Source: a virus (lineage: Duplodnaviria > Caudoviricetes). Taken from it: DNA of 41,891 bases. The position numbers were made by a program, and so were the translations under genes. Under the pieces are notes generated by a model that was given only the letters and a program-made list of their open reading frames with translations, made no database searches and was not told where the DNA came from. Numbering within the stretch: position 1 is the first letter of the stretch; every line of letters starts with the position of its first letter. The stretch lies in the IMG/VR virus record IMGVR_UViG_3300012919_000015, positions 1 to 41,891 of that record; one strand, given 5' to 3'. This document shows, piece by piece, positions 1 through 10,700 of this stretch.

Positions 1-956
1 CTTTTTCTTTTTTCGTCATCGTTAAGTATTTCAATAACATTCTCTCTATTGAAATCTTTGTCTCCTAATTCTTCTTTAAGGAACTCTATAAAAGAAACAG
101 AAGTTTCCATCAGACCTCCTGCTGCAGACATAGCTCCCACTACAGTTCCTGTTGGTCCTCCAGCGATACCAACAACACCTCCTCCTGCTGTAAGGAGGGG
201 CTCCTCGTAAGCTGCCTTTCCCATTCCAACAAAACTTCTTATCCCTGTTTCTGCTAAAACTTTAAAAGAATTTACATCGTCATCAAAATCTGCAAGGGTT
301 TTTAAAAACGCAAAGTTGTCTCCTCCGTTTTCCTCTACAGCTTTTGTAAACTTTATCATTTCTTCAGATGGAGGTAGATTTTCCATCTGTTCGGCAGACT
401 TGATTAGCTCATCAACATCTTCTGGTGTAAAATTTTTACCTTGTTTCATTAACTCAACAACTTCGCTTACGCTGTTTCCTTGAGCTAATCCAGCATCTAT
501 GTTTTGTGAGAAAAAATTTAAGAAAGCCTCACCTTTACCCGCTTTATTGTAAATTTCTTCTTCAGGATCTATTATGTCTGTTTCGGCAGTTGTCCCTGTC
601 TTTACCTCTGGAACTTCAATCTTTGGTAACTCCGAAGAAGTATCCTCTAATTTTAAATCCGTATCTTCTTTTTTTTTTACAGGCTCAGGATCTACTATTC
701 CTAACAGTCCAGCTAATTCATCTTTAGTTCCTTTAAAACCAGTGCTAGACATCATATCAAATGACAAATCTAAGACCTCTGGGTCTGTACATAAAAGAGT
801 AAAAAATTCTCCTCGGCTCCCTGAAAATCCTGTGTCAAGCATACCGCTCCAAACAATATCTAAGACAGAGTCAAACTCCATCCCAGGCCTAGAGGAACCC
901 AAATCTACTTGTGGCGTTGGATTTTTCGGATCATTTGTTTGTTGTTCGCCAGTCAT
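1..956 (-). CDS. Large internal virion (ejection/cargo) protein, 5' part; runs off the window
   Basis: Not in the ORF track because it is truncated. ATG at 956, 3 nt after the stop of the 552-aa gene; open to position 1 (MTGEQQTNDPKNP...). Acidic, with a GGGVVGIAGGPTGTVVGAMSAAGG hydrophobic segment; last in the ejection-gene run. Confidence 0.7.
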   Translation of the reverse strand, partial: MTGEQQTNDPKNPTPQVDLGSSRPGMEFDSVLDIVWSGMLDTGFSGSRGEFFTLLCTDPEVLDLSFDMMSSTGFKGTKDELAGLLGIVDPEPVKKKEDTDLKLEDTSSELPKIEVPEVKTGTTAETDIIDPEEEIYNKAGKGEAFLNFFSQNIDAGLAQGNSVSEVVELMKQGKNFTPEDVDELIKSAEQMENLPPSEEMIKFTKAVEENGGDNFAFLKTLADFDDDVNSFKVLAETGIRSFVGMGKAAYEEPLLTAGGGVVGIAGGPTGTVVGAMSAAGGLMETSVSFIEFLKEELGDKDFNRENVIEILNDDEKRK

Positions 957-959
957 CTT

Positions 960-2618
960 TTACCTTTTTAATTTTGAATTTATCAAAGACCCAAATTGGT
1001 TAGATTTTCTTAATTCAGCTGCCTCTTGTGAAGTCAAATCTTTACCTGCTTCTTTCTTGGCTTCTAGTGATTTTAAAAACTCTTGCTGGGATGTATTGCT
1101 TAATTGTTTTCCTGTTAGATTTTGATAAAACATGTTTATTTCTTTTAGGCTACCAGGATTAATTTCAATAACATCTGCGTAAGATCCTCCTTCATACTCA
1201 ACTGGTGCTGATCCGACTTGATTATATGGTATTCCTTCAGTAAGATCTATTCCTACTCTAAAAGTCCATTGTCCAGTATTTTTATTTCTTTCTCCCTGAA
1301 GTAAGGTAGCTTTTTTAACAGCATCAACACCAACTGTTTGCTGTCCAGGCTTTAAGTTGTCGTTCATCTTTTTTAACAACCCAGAGACAAATGCGCTTTC
1401 GCCCGAACCAGCCTCTGATTGTTTTAGTGCATAGCTTATGTTAATACCAGATGGTTTGCCAGGTATTCTTTTAGGCATGTATGTGTCAAAACTGTTTTCC
1501 TCTTCTGTTACAGTTCCGTCTGCGTTGGTTATTGTAACTTTTCTCTTCTCCATTCCCTGGGTATGAATGGGATCCTTTTGTTTATCCAACTTGTTTCTAT
1601 AAGCCACTATAGCTTTAGGATCTTCATAAAAAGCTTGCTGTCTTTTCAGCTCAAGCTGCTTCAAAGTCTCATCTCTTAATGCTTTTTTAATTTTAGTTTT
1701 ATCTTCTTCTGTAGCTTTAAAAGAAAATATATCCTCACCCTGCACTAATCTTTGCCCTTTACTTGCAGCCATTTTTGGATCATCATCCGCTAAATTTAAT
1801 TTATACATCATATCCAGCAGTTGTTCATCACTTTTACCAGATAATGCTACATCAAAAACATTTCCTTCTTTATCAAAGTTATCTAGTATAGAAGTAAAGT
1901 CTTTAATCTTTTTATTACCTGTAACAAATTCATTAAAGCCACCCAAATCTATAATATCATCAATGTCTTTTTGAGTGTCAACTCCTTCGCTTGTAGTGAT
2001 CAGCTTTTTAAACTGACCCATGTTTATAGACTTAGTTTCTCCTGTCTCAGCGTCTTTTGTAGACATTGTAAGTCCATCTAATCCAGCTCCAAATTTTACG
2101 TTACCTGAAAACTCATCTAATAATTTTGTTTTCATATCGTTTAGAACGCTACCCTTGCCTTCTTTTTCGAGCTTATCAGCCTCTGCTAAATATTTGTTTA
2201 TGTCCCCTGTCAAGTTTTTAAACTGCATTACTTGACCCTTAACTTTATTATTCCTTACCGTTAGTTGAGATTCATCTATAAAACCATTCCTAAAAGCAAA
2301 CTCATTCAACTCGTAAACATCTCTTATTTCTCCTTGTAGTTTGGCTGCAGCATTGTCTAAGTCTGTCAACCCTGTGTCATCAAACTGGTCCTCATAAACA
2401 AATTGATCATAAGTTTCGCTCATCTTAGTCTTGAACTCAGCTCTAGCTTTCTCAAATTCTTTTTGTCTTTCAAAAGCTATCTTTTCATTCTCACGATTTA
2501 TTTCATCAACCTGAATTTTTCTGTCAACCATTTTACCTAAAGCATCACCAAAGCCTAGATCAACAGGCTTGTTTGCCTCGTAAGCCGCTCTAAAAAATGT
2601 ATCAAAATTTCTACTCAT
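960..2618 (-). CDS. Putative internal virion/ejection protein (552 aa)
   Basis: Long helical, coiled-coil-rich ORF between the pilot-like gene and the large cargo gene; function from synteny only. Confidence 0.55.
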   Translation of the reverse strand: MSRNFDTFFRAAYEANKPVDLGFGDALGKMVDRKIQVDEINRENEKIAFERQKEFEKARAEFKTKMSETYDQFVYEDQFDDTGLTDLDNAAAKLQGEIRDVYELNEFAFRNGFIDESQLTVRNNKVKGQVMQFKNLTGDINKYLAEADKLEKEGKGSVLNDMKTKLLDEFSGNVKFGAGLDGLTMSTKDAETGETKSINMGQFKKLITTSEGVDTQKDIDDIIDLGGFNEFVTGNKKIKDFTSILDNFDKEGNVFDVALSGKSDEQLLDMMYKLNLADDDPKMAASKGQRLVQGEDIFSFKATEEDKTKIKKALRDETLKQLELKRQQAFYEDPKAIVAYRNKLDKQKDPIHTQGMEKRKVTITNADGTVTEEENSFDTYMPKRIPGKPSGINISYALKQSEAGSGESAFVSGLLKKMNDNLKPGQQTVGVDAVKKATLLQGERNKNTGQWTFRVGIDLTEGIPYNQVGSAPVEYEGGSYADVIEINPGSLKEINMFYQNLTGKQLSNTSQQEFLKSLEAKKEAGKDLTSQEAAELRKSNQFGSLINSKLKR

Positions 2619-2636
2619 CTTATTATTTTGTTATGG

Positions 2637-3338
2637 CTATAGGTTCCTTCTTCTAATCGCATCCTGCAGACCAGATGTAATTTGTGCCTGGCTTAATCCT
2701 GCCGGTGCGGCTATTGGTAGTGGAGCTAATGGGTTTTGTCCCTGTTGTATTAGGTTTGCAGCAGGAGCAGTGCTTGCCAAAGCCGTAAGATCTTTTGCTC
2801 TTGGACCGCCTATTTCTGTTGGGTTCATACTGCCTGCAGCCAAAGAACCACCAGCTTGTACAATAGAACTAAGACCAGCCTGAAATCCTTGTCTTCCTGC
2901 CGCAAGCTCTCCATAAAGAGCGCCTAACTGCTGCACTTCCCTGCCTTCTTGCATTTCCCTTAGCCTGACCTCGTCTTGTGCTCTAAGTCTGTCGATTTGT
3001 GTTTGCTGCATATCTAGTCCAGCAGCTATAGCTCTTTGTGATTGTTGCTGAAGTTGCTCTTGCCTTCCTAAACCTCCAACTAATCCTCTTACACCTCCAG
3101 ATGCCAAGGCATCAACTGATGTAGCAAATCTTCTTTGTGCTTCTTCTGTTTGTAGTTCTGCTCCTAAAGTAGAAACACGCATATCAGTAAAGGCATTGTT
3201 AAGATCTTGTCTTTGGAAACTATCTATAGCTTTCTTTGCTCTTCTAGCTCTTGCAGCACCTGATATAGCTTGTGCCGCCCCTCCTGCAGCCGCAACACCA
3301 GCCCCTATTGCTATTGCTGTTCCGGTTGCTATTGCCAT
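2637..3338 (-). CDS. DNA-ejection pilot-like internal virion protein
   Basis: Gly/Ala-rich hydrophobic N-terminus (AIAIGAGVAAAGGAAQAISG), then a basic patch and Gln-rich coiled coil; same layout as P22 gp7/T7 gp14-type proteins. Confidence 0.65.
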   Translation of the reverse strand: MAIATGTAIAIGAGVAAAGGAAQAISGAARARRAKKAIDSFQRQDLNNAFTDMRVSTLGAELQTEEAQRRFATSVDALASGGVRGLVGGLGRQEQLQQQSQRAIAAGLDMQQTQIDRLRAQDEVRLREMQEGREVQQLGALYGELAAGRQGFQAGLSSIVQAGGSLAAGSMNPTEIGGPRAKDLTALASTAPAANLIQQGQNPLAPLPIAAPAGLSQAQITSGLQDAIRRRNL

Positions 3339-3730
3339 ACTTTTAACATTTCGGTTACTTTTTTGTCTGATAAAATATATCCAGCTTTTTTATACCGTCT
3401 AATCAAGCTGTCATTCTTCAATATTACATGAGCATATCTACACCCATTTTGTTCTGCCAAAGCAAGTAGACAATCTAAAAGAAAATCTAAAGCCTTGCCT
3501 CTGTCTTTTTCTCTATATTCTTTATTCGACACTACAAACTCTGTCAAAGCAACTTTTGAGTTTGTAAGGTAAATAAATCCAGCACAAATGTCAACTCCAT
3601 TTTTTGAAACAATTATGCCCGTTTCTGGTAGAAAATCTTTTGGGGGTGCTTCCCATCCCCAATCTTTCCACCATTTTAAAAGGACTTTTTCATAGTCCTG
3701 ATTTTGTATTGCTCTTAAATTAAATTTCAC
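3329..3730 (-). CDS. GNAT-fold protein (analogous in position to T7 gp13)
   Basis: Acetyl-CoA-motif-like YREKDRGKALDFLLDCL and LIRRYKKAGY; lies between the tail and ejection genes; GTG start. Confidence 0.65.
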   Translation of the reverse strand: MKFNLRAIQNQDYEKVLLKWWKDWGWEAPPKDFLPETGIIVSKNGVDICAGFIYLTNSKVALTEFVVSNKEYREKDRGKALDFLLDCLLALAEQNGCRYAHVILKNDSLIRRYKKAGYILSDKKVTEMLKVWQ

Positions 3731-3735
3731 TAATG

Positions 3736-3743
3736 CAAATATA
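3736..3743 (-). promoter_or_regulatory. Bacteroidetes sigma70 -7 element TATATTTG
   Basis: Exact TAnnTTTG in a 20-bp intergenic gap, 5 nt upstream of the GTG at 3730. Confidence 0.65.
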
Positions 3744-3750
3744 CTAAATA

Positions 3751-4704
3751 TTAAGGGAAGCTTTTAGCTACTTCTGAATTTACAGAGTATACCTCAACTT
3801 TAGATGTGCTATTATTTTTTATTCTAATATTTGCAAAATATCCCTTTAGCCCAAAGCTTTCAGCTATTGGAGGTTTTGCTGCAAAGCAATAATCATTAAC
3901 TGCCGCTCCTGTGCTTGACACAGTTAATGTGTTTGTTTCTTTATTTATTGCAGTTATGTCTGCTATTTTTGTAAAAGTAGAAGCTCCGGTTGTTTTATAC
4001 AGCGCATCTCCTACAGAAATCTCTGAAGGAACTAAAGAAAATTTTACTGTTGTCGCTGTTGGTATAGAAACAACTGAACCTATACCTTGAACAGAAAGGA
4101 GTTCTGGTTTTACTTCGTCATTTGTATTTCTTCTGATATATGCGTAATTGAAGCCTTCCTTTTTCTCAAAAGAATTTTTATTAATATGCCCAGAATCTAA
4201 ATCAGTTGTAATTGTAACATCAAAATCTTTTGTGTCTCCCTCAATCTCTACTGTTTTAAATATTTTTACGTCAGATGGACCATCATTGGATACAAACTCT
4301 AGCTCAGTATCATATGCAGCCCCATAAAAAGTATTTCTATTTAAATCGTTGGCATGGTGTTTGTATAGTTGCCCGTCTTTAAATGTAAAAAAATCTCCAT
4401 TCATGTTTACCATTGACTCTGGTATCCAAGAGTGAAAAGAAGTCCAGCCTTTTACATATTCGCTAAATGAAACAGTGTAGTTGTTTGTACCTGTTTGCGT
4501 TGGGTTTGGCATGCTAGGCGCTGCAGGAGTAGTTGTTGTTTGTGTCACTCCAGAAGGCAGCGGATTTACAGGGCAATCATCAGATAAATATTTTTCAATA
4601 TAATCTGGCTGGCCAGAGACATTGTTTTTGGTAATGTTTGTAGGCTTACCGTTTATGTATTTTCTTAATGTTTTAACTACTTTATATCCTGATCTAAACT
4701 TCAT
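3751..4704 (-). CDS. C-terminal part of the tail stabilisation/muzzle protein, encoded separately
   Basis: TVSFSEYVKGWTSFHSWIPE...FFTFKDGQLYKH...PSDVKIFKTVEIEG...FEKKEG...GLKGYF...SEVAKSFP matches my recollection of the C-terminal third of P22 gp10-like/crAss muzzle proteins; preceded by a short Cys module and a Pro/Thr linker. Confidence 0.75.
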   Translation of the reverse strand: MKFRSGYKVVKTLRKYINGKPTNITKNNVSGQPDYIEKYLSDDCPVNPLPSGVTQTTTTPAAPSMPNPTQTGTNNYTVSFSEYVKGWTSFHSWIPESMVNMNGDFFTFKDGQLYKHHANDLNRNTFYGAAYDTELEFVSNDGPSDVKIFKTVEIEGDTKDFDVTITTDLDSGHINKNSFEKKEGFNYAYIRRNTNDEVKPELLSVQGIGSVVSIPTATTVKFSLVPSEISVGDALYKTTGASTFTKIADITAINKETNTLTVSSTGAAVNDYCFAAKPPIAESFGLKGYFANIRIKNNSTSKVEVYSVNSEVAKSFP

Positions 4705-4738
4705 ATCTATATATTTTTATCTTACATCCAAATAAAAT

Positions 4739-7700
4739 TTAAGGAGAAGGATTTATTCCAAATGTTATTGTTGGTTGATTGCCTGAATAATTTGGATTAG
4801 TTGTACCGCTTAGGCTTAGCTCTTTAGATAACTTTTCCATCGCTGCACTATGATCAACCCCATTTGAATCAACCCTTGATATAAACCAATATTGGTGGTT
4901 AGCTTGGCTAGAAGCTAGAGCATTAGAACTTCCACCGGTTCCACAGCTCCAAATGCTAGCAATCATTTGAGTGACTGCTTTTCCTTGTGCCATATTCTGT
5001 GAGCCATCTACTATCTCCCAAGTACCAGAGAAAGAGTTTGTGCCATCTGTTCCGCTTATGATGTACGAATCCCCTACATTTAAACATCCAGAACCAGTAT
5101 AAGTACTTGAAGTAAACGTTAGGAACGCAAAGTCATTAACATTATTAAAATTAGTTGTGTATCTTGTAGTTTGAGGTTGTCCTGTAAAATAACCAGAGGT
5201 TGATATTGTATTGTCAATAGTTAAAGTTTTACCAATAAATGGTTCTAGCGTGTTGTTAAAATAGACTCTTTCGTAAAATATTGACGTAACTGCATTAGAA
5301 ATAGAAGGTGGTGTGCTGCTTGTTGTAATTAACAATCCATATTTTGGCACAAAATCTATAACAGTTTTTACTATTGTAATTGTAGCATCTACAGTTCCGC
5401 TTACATTAGCAAACTTATCAAAGAAAGATCCGCCTATGAGCTTTAACCCAGCATTGGCATTTAAAGTGGAAGTTCCATTTGTTATAACTGTAGTATCACC
5501 CCATTGACTAAAAGGCAGTGCAGATCCTGTAGTGCTGTTAGATCCAGGGCTAGATTCTGTTTTACCGATAGTAGCTGGATAAGTATTGTTATTGCCAGAC
5601 CCTGTTCTTTGAAGTTCCCATTGTAAATCTCCTAATGTATCAAGTTTTATAAATTGAGCTTTGAAATTAGTTCCTGTTCCTATGACAATAGAAGAATCGT
5701 CAGGGTGAGAAACAGAAGAAGCGTAAGTTGTACTACCCATTGAGGTCACTAAAATATTTCCATTTGAGTCAATAGTAATTCCAGACCCTATATCTCCTGA
5801 TGGTGCTGAAGCGACTATTTGAGCTGTATTGCTATATGTTTGTCCAAAATCTCTGTTTTTAATATTTACAGTAACAGGGGGAAGCGTATTATAATATGTG
5901 TGGATTTTAATTGTTTCTTGATTAAATCCGTGCTGTCTAAATAGGGGTCCAATTCTTGTGTTGAAGCTACTAAGTCCCCCTGATATAGATGTTACGCCGG
6001 ACACCTTAAAGGCATCTCCTCCATCTACTTCTTGATATTTATCTGAAAATGTAACAGTACTTTGTCCACTAGGTTCGGTATAAGCGGTTACTTGAGGGAA
6101 TGTTAGAGATTGATTAGCTACCGCTTGAACAGGTCCATTTAAACCTGTAGAGTCAGTGCCTGTAGTTATTGGTTGTTGAGTTGAACTTAATCCTGAAGTT
6201 ACCTCAAACCATAGGTCACCGCAATGAGTATGCAATGTATTTACTAAACTTGGATGTAATTGATCATTGTTTGAACTTGTGTCTCGTAAATTTGTATTTA
6301 CTGATCTTAAAATTGTAATTTCTTTAAATCCTATAGGCACACATATTGCAACCGCACTGTTTACGTTGTTTGGTGCTGGAAAACCATTGTTTGGATTTGT
6401 TCCAAGATCAGTAGTGTGTGCTTGTAATATTGCATCATCAGGTATATCATTTACACTTTGACCAGTCAAAGGTCTTACAGACTCATCTTGGTTTCTCATT
6501 ATTCCTATCGTGTAACCTGCAGCTACAGCTGCTGCTTTTGTAATAAGCCTGTCATTAAATGTTAATCCAACAGAGTTTCCGTTAATCCCATCGTTAAATT
6601 TAGGAGTGTCTGTTAAATTAAGAGAAGATATTAAAACAGTTCCTGCGCCTCCAGATGCTGTAGTACTTAGATATATGTTGTCGCCTATTGTGATTGCCGA
6701 AGACCCTTTGGGGATAATTGATAAAGCTGAATCTGTCTGAGTAACATTGTCGTTATAAAAGTCTCCCGATAGTCTGTAGGAACTGTTAGAAGTGCTGCTG
6801 CCTGATCCATAAAGAGGTTGAGCATTTGGAAAGTAGTGATGCGTTTCTGGCGTAGTGCAAGAAGAGCTTCTTCCTGAACCTGAAGTATCACTCACTGTTG
6901 GATTAGACGAATCTAAAGGATCAGGGTCAACAGAATCAACTATAAAGTCGCTGTCTGTATCAGCAAGCAATGGATTTGTCCCAGCTGTTGCTTCTTGAGC
7001 ATCAGTTAGCCCATCGTTATCATCATCCGTGTCGGCATTATTACCAATACCATCTCCATCGGTATCTACGCTTTCAGAGGCATCTAGTGGGAAAGCATCA
7101 TTCACATCTAAGACTCCATCGTTATCATCATCCGTATCTAAATAGTCTAGAGTTCCATCTCCGTCTGTGTCCGGAGGCGTGCTAGTACTATCCAAAGGAT
7201 CTGTTCCTGCAGCTATTTCATCTGCATCTGAAACTCCGTCATTATCATCATCTGTATCGGCGTTATCTCCCGTACCATCTCCATCGCTATCTGTTGTTTC
7301 TGTAGAATCAAGAGGGAAAGCATCACTGGTATCTGGAGTCCCGTCATTGTCATCATCTGTATCTATGGCGTTTGGTATGCCATCAGAATCTGTATCTGTT
7401 GGAGTATCTGTGCTGTCTAAAGGATTTGTTCCTAGCTGTGTTTCATAAGCATCACTTATCCCATCTCCATCATCATCTAAATCAGCATTATCTCCGATAC
7501 CATCAGAATCTGTATCTGTAGTTTCGGTTGCGTCTAAAGGAAAAGCGTCTGCGCTATCAAGTACCCCATCATTGTCATCATCAGTATCAGCATTGTCCCC
7601 AACACCATCACTGTCAGTGTCTGTAGTTTCAGTTGCGTCTAGCGGAAACGCATCAGAAGAGTCTGGAGTGCCATCATTGTCATCATCTGTATCTGCATTA

Positions 7701-10700
7701 TCGCCTGTTCCGTCACCATCTGTATCAGTTGTCTCTGACGGATCTAGTGGAAATGCATCTGACGTATCGGGCGTTCCATCATTGTCATCATCCGTGTCAG
7801 CGTTATCTCCTATTCCATCGGAATCTGTATCAACACTTTCTGTTGGATCTAATGGGAAAGCATCGCTTGAATCAGCTACTCCGTCTCCATCATCATCCGT
7901 ATCTGCGTTGTTACCGATGCCATCGCTATCTGTATCCACACTTTCCGTTGAGTCTAATGGAAACGCATCTTGTACATCTAAAACTCCATCATTATCGTCA
8001 TCTGTGTCTGCATTGTCCCCAATCCCATCGGAATCTGTATCCGTAGTTTCTGTCGCATCAAGCGGGAATGCATCTTGAGTGTCTAAAACTCCGTCATTAT
8101 CGTCATCCGTATCTGCATTATCTCCAGTCCCATCCGAGTCTGTGTCTACGGTTTCTGTTGGATCAAGAGGGAATGCGTCTTGTGTATCCAAAACCCCATC
8201 GTTATCATCGTCAGTATCAGCATTGTCTCCCGTGCCATCAGAATCTGTGTCGGTTGTCTCGGTAGGATCTAATGGGAAAGCATCATTTACATCTAAAACT
8301 CCGTCATTATCATCGTCAGTATCTATATCATCTACAGGGGGTTCTCTATCTGTATCAACTTCATCTACATCTGGAATACCGTCATTGTCATCGTCTGGAT
8401 CTGCATTGTCTCCAACTCCATCTGAGTCTGTGTCTGTGGTTTCACTAGAGTCTAACGGGAAAGCGTCAGATGAATCTAATACTCCATCGTTATCATCGTC
8501 TGGATCTGCATTATTTCCTATACCGTCTCCATCTGTATCAACTGATTCTGAAGCATTTGTTGGGAATGCATCATCTTTATCATTTACAGAGTCGCTATCG
8601 GTGTCTGCAAGTAATGGATTCGTACCTAGAGCTGCCTCTTCTATATCACTTAATCCATCGTTATCATCATCTGGATCCGCAAAATCTAAAATACCATCAG
8701 AGTCAGTATCTAAAGTAAGCTCTTCGTTAGCGTTTGTTCTTGCTGCAACACTACTTTCGTTAGTATCAAGTATTCCGTCTCCATCGTCATCGGTATCTGC
8801 GTTATCACCAATACCGTCTCCGTCTGAGTCTGTAGTTTCACTTGCATCAAATGGGAAGGCATCTTGAGTGTCTGGAGTCCCATCATTATCATCGTCTGGA
8901 TCAAGAGAATTTACAATTCCATCAGAATCAAAATCACCAGAATCATAAAGTATTTCACATTCAACTTGGTCTTCTCTCCATTCTTCTTGAGTCCCTTTTA
9001 AAGACAAAGAATATTGCCTATCTCTAGGGTCATAAGATCCTATTCCAAGAGGCGGCAGGGTTGTTCCTAAATTATCATTGAACCAATCAATCATACCAAA
9101 GTCTGATATTTGAGTGATGCCATCTTGTGATAATCTACAAACTACTCGTCTTCTTTCGTCAACAAAATATATTCTACCACCCCACAAGGTGACAGCAAAA
9201 GGGTTTGAAGTAACTCCATATTCTCCTAGATATGGTACGTCTTGTCCAAGGACACTGCTAGTTGATGAAACATTTCCTGTGCCGTCTGCATTGAACAATA
9301 CGTTTTTGTTGAATAAAATTTTACTTACACGGTTCTCTTGAAAAACAGTTAGATCATTTTCCCTAGAAACTATCTTGCTAATTTCTCCATAGAAATCGTC
9401 AAGATCTTTATAATTAACAGTCGAAAGATTAAATTCGTTAAGGCCATTATATTTTGTGGTCTGATCATAGACATTGCTGTAAGTAAGCGATGTCGTTCTG
9501 TGATTTTTTTTGTAATCTTTGAGATTTGCAGATGGTCTGTTTTCTAATTTAAAAAACTTTGCATTGAAATCATCCTTTACTTTATAAGACTCTATACAGT
9601 TACCCCAAGAAAAACAGTTAAAAAATTCTAAAGTTAAACTGGCAGCTACAAGGTGTGTTTGTGATGTGCCAGGAGATCCAACTGTATGATAACCATTTGT
9701 AATTTGATATGTCTTCGGAAGCTCATAAAACACTTCGTCATTTTTATCTTCAGCTCTGGTTTCAAACGTAGGAATATCTGTGCTTTGTCTTTCAAGATAT
9801 ATGACATTTGTTTTGACTTTAACCTTGCTATCAAAATCGTTATTTTGTGTTCCCAAAGATCTTATGACCATTAGCAGGTCATCCGTTGTATTGTTTGTTA
9901 TATTAGAACTGTCTCCTCCATAAGTTCCCCTAACGAAAAATATTCTGCTCTCATCTATACTGGCAGTCAATGTTGCTTTTGCACCACTTTCGTGATACCA
10001 TTCCTCAAGATTAACATATGTTCTATCAGAAACAAACTCGTGAGTTACAAACTGAACTGATTCATTGTATTCATCATATGTAAAATTAATAACTGTTCCT
10101 AAAGGAATATCTTCTGATGCTTTCGGAAAAGATCTGATTGTAGCAAAAGCCTTGCTGTTTCTTGAGTATGAAAATGTAGAGGGTCTAGCGTTTACTGTCC
10201 ACTTATCTCCAACTGTGTGGCCAGTTGATGAAGCAAAATCTACGGTAAGACCGGTAGCGCCTGCAGCATTGTTTATTGATATTGGTACTCCTGGTGTTAT
10301 AGCTTGACCAGTTACTGTTAGGTTTGTAGATGTTTGATTATCAAGCTGCGTTACTGTTGTTGTAAATGTATCTCCTGATCCTGAAACAGAATCTATTGTA
10401 ATAGTAATTCTAGAAAATTGATTTGATACATTGTAGTTACCTGCAACTGTTATTGAAGCTGCCGTAGAAGTACTTGCGCTTGCTGGATAGACGTTAGGCC
10501 CTTCTATAAAAGAGCTACCCCCTTGTGAGTTTGCTAAAGGATCATTAAGCCTGTTGCTTGTAGTATCAAAATCATCTATTTCAGTCCTCTCATAATCGTC
10601 TGTCGTAAAACTAAATCCAACAGGTTTTATCTTCATATAAACCCCTCCTTGTTCAGCTATAGGAGTATCATTTGCTCCAGGGTAGTTTGCATCTTCTTTT

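Noticed and set aside
506-1125. Plus-strand ORFs of 73 and 183 aa
   Set aside because: Antisense to the truncated minus-strand gene starting at 956 and to the end of the 552-aa gene.
6905-8945. 105-bp periodicity as a CRISPR array or DGR template/variable repeat
   Set aside because: In-frame coding repeats with synonymous variation; no unique spacers, cas genes, reverse transcriptase or adenine-specific differences.
4739-8950. Intein or intron explaining the muzzle insertion
   Set aside because: No intein Cys/Ser...His-Asn ends, no endonuclease or RT motifs and no evident group I/II structure; the insert ends in a stop codon.
6970-9027. Several Ser-rich or His/Arg-rich plus-strand ORFs of up to 262 aa
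   Set aside because: Antisense shadows of the Asp-rich repeat codons.
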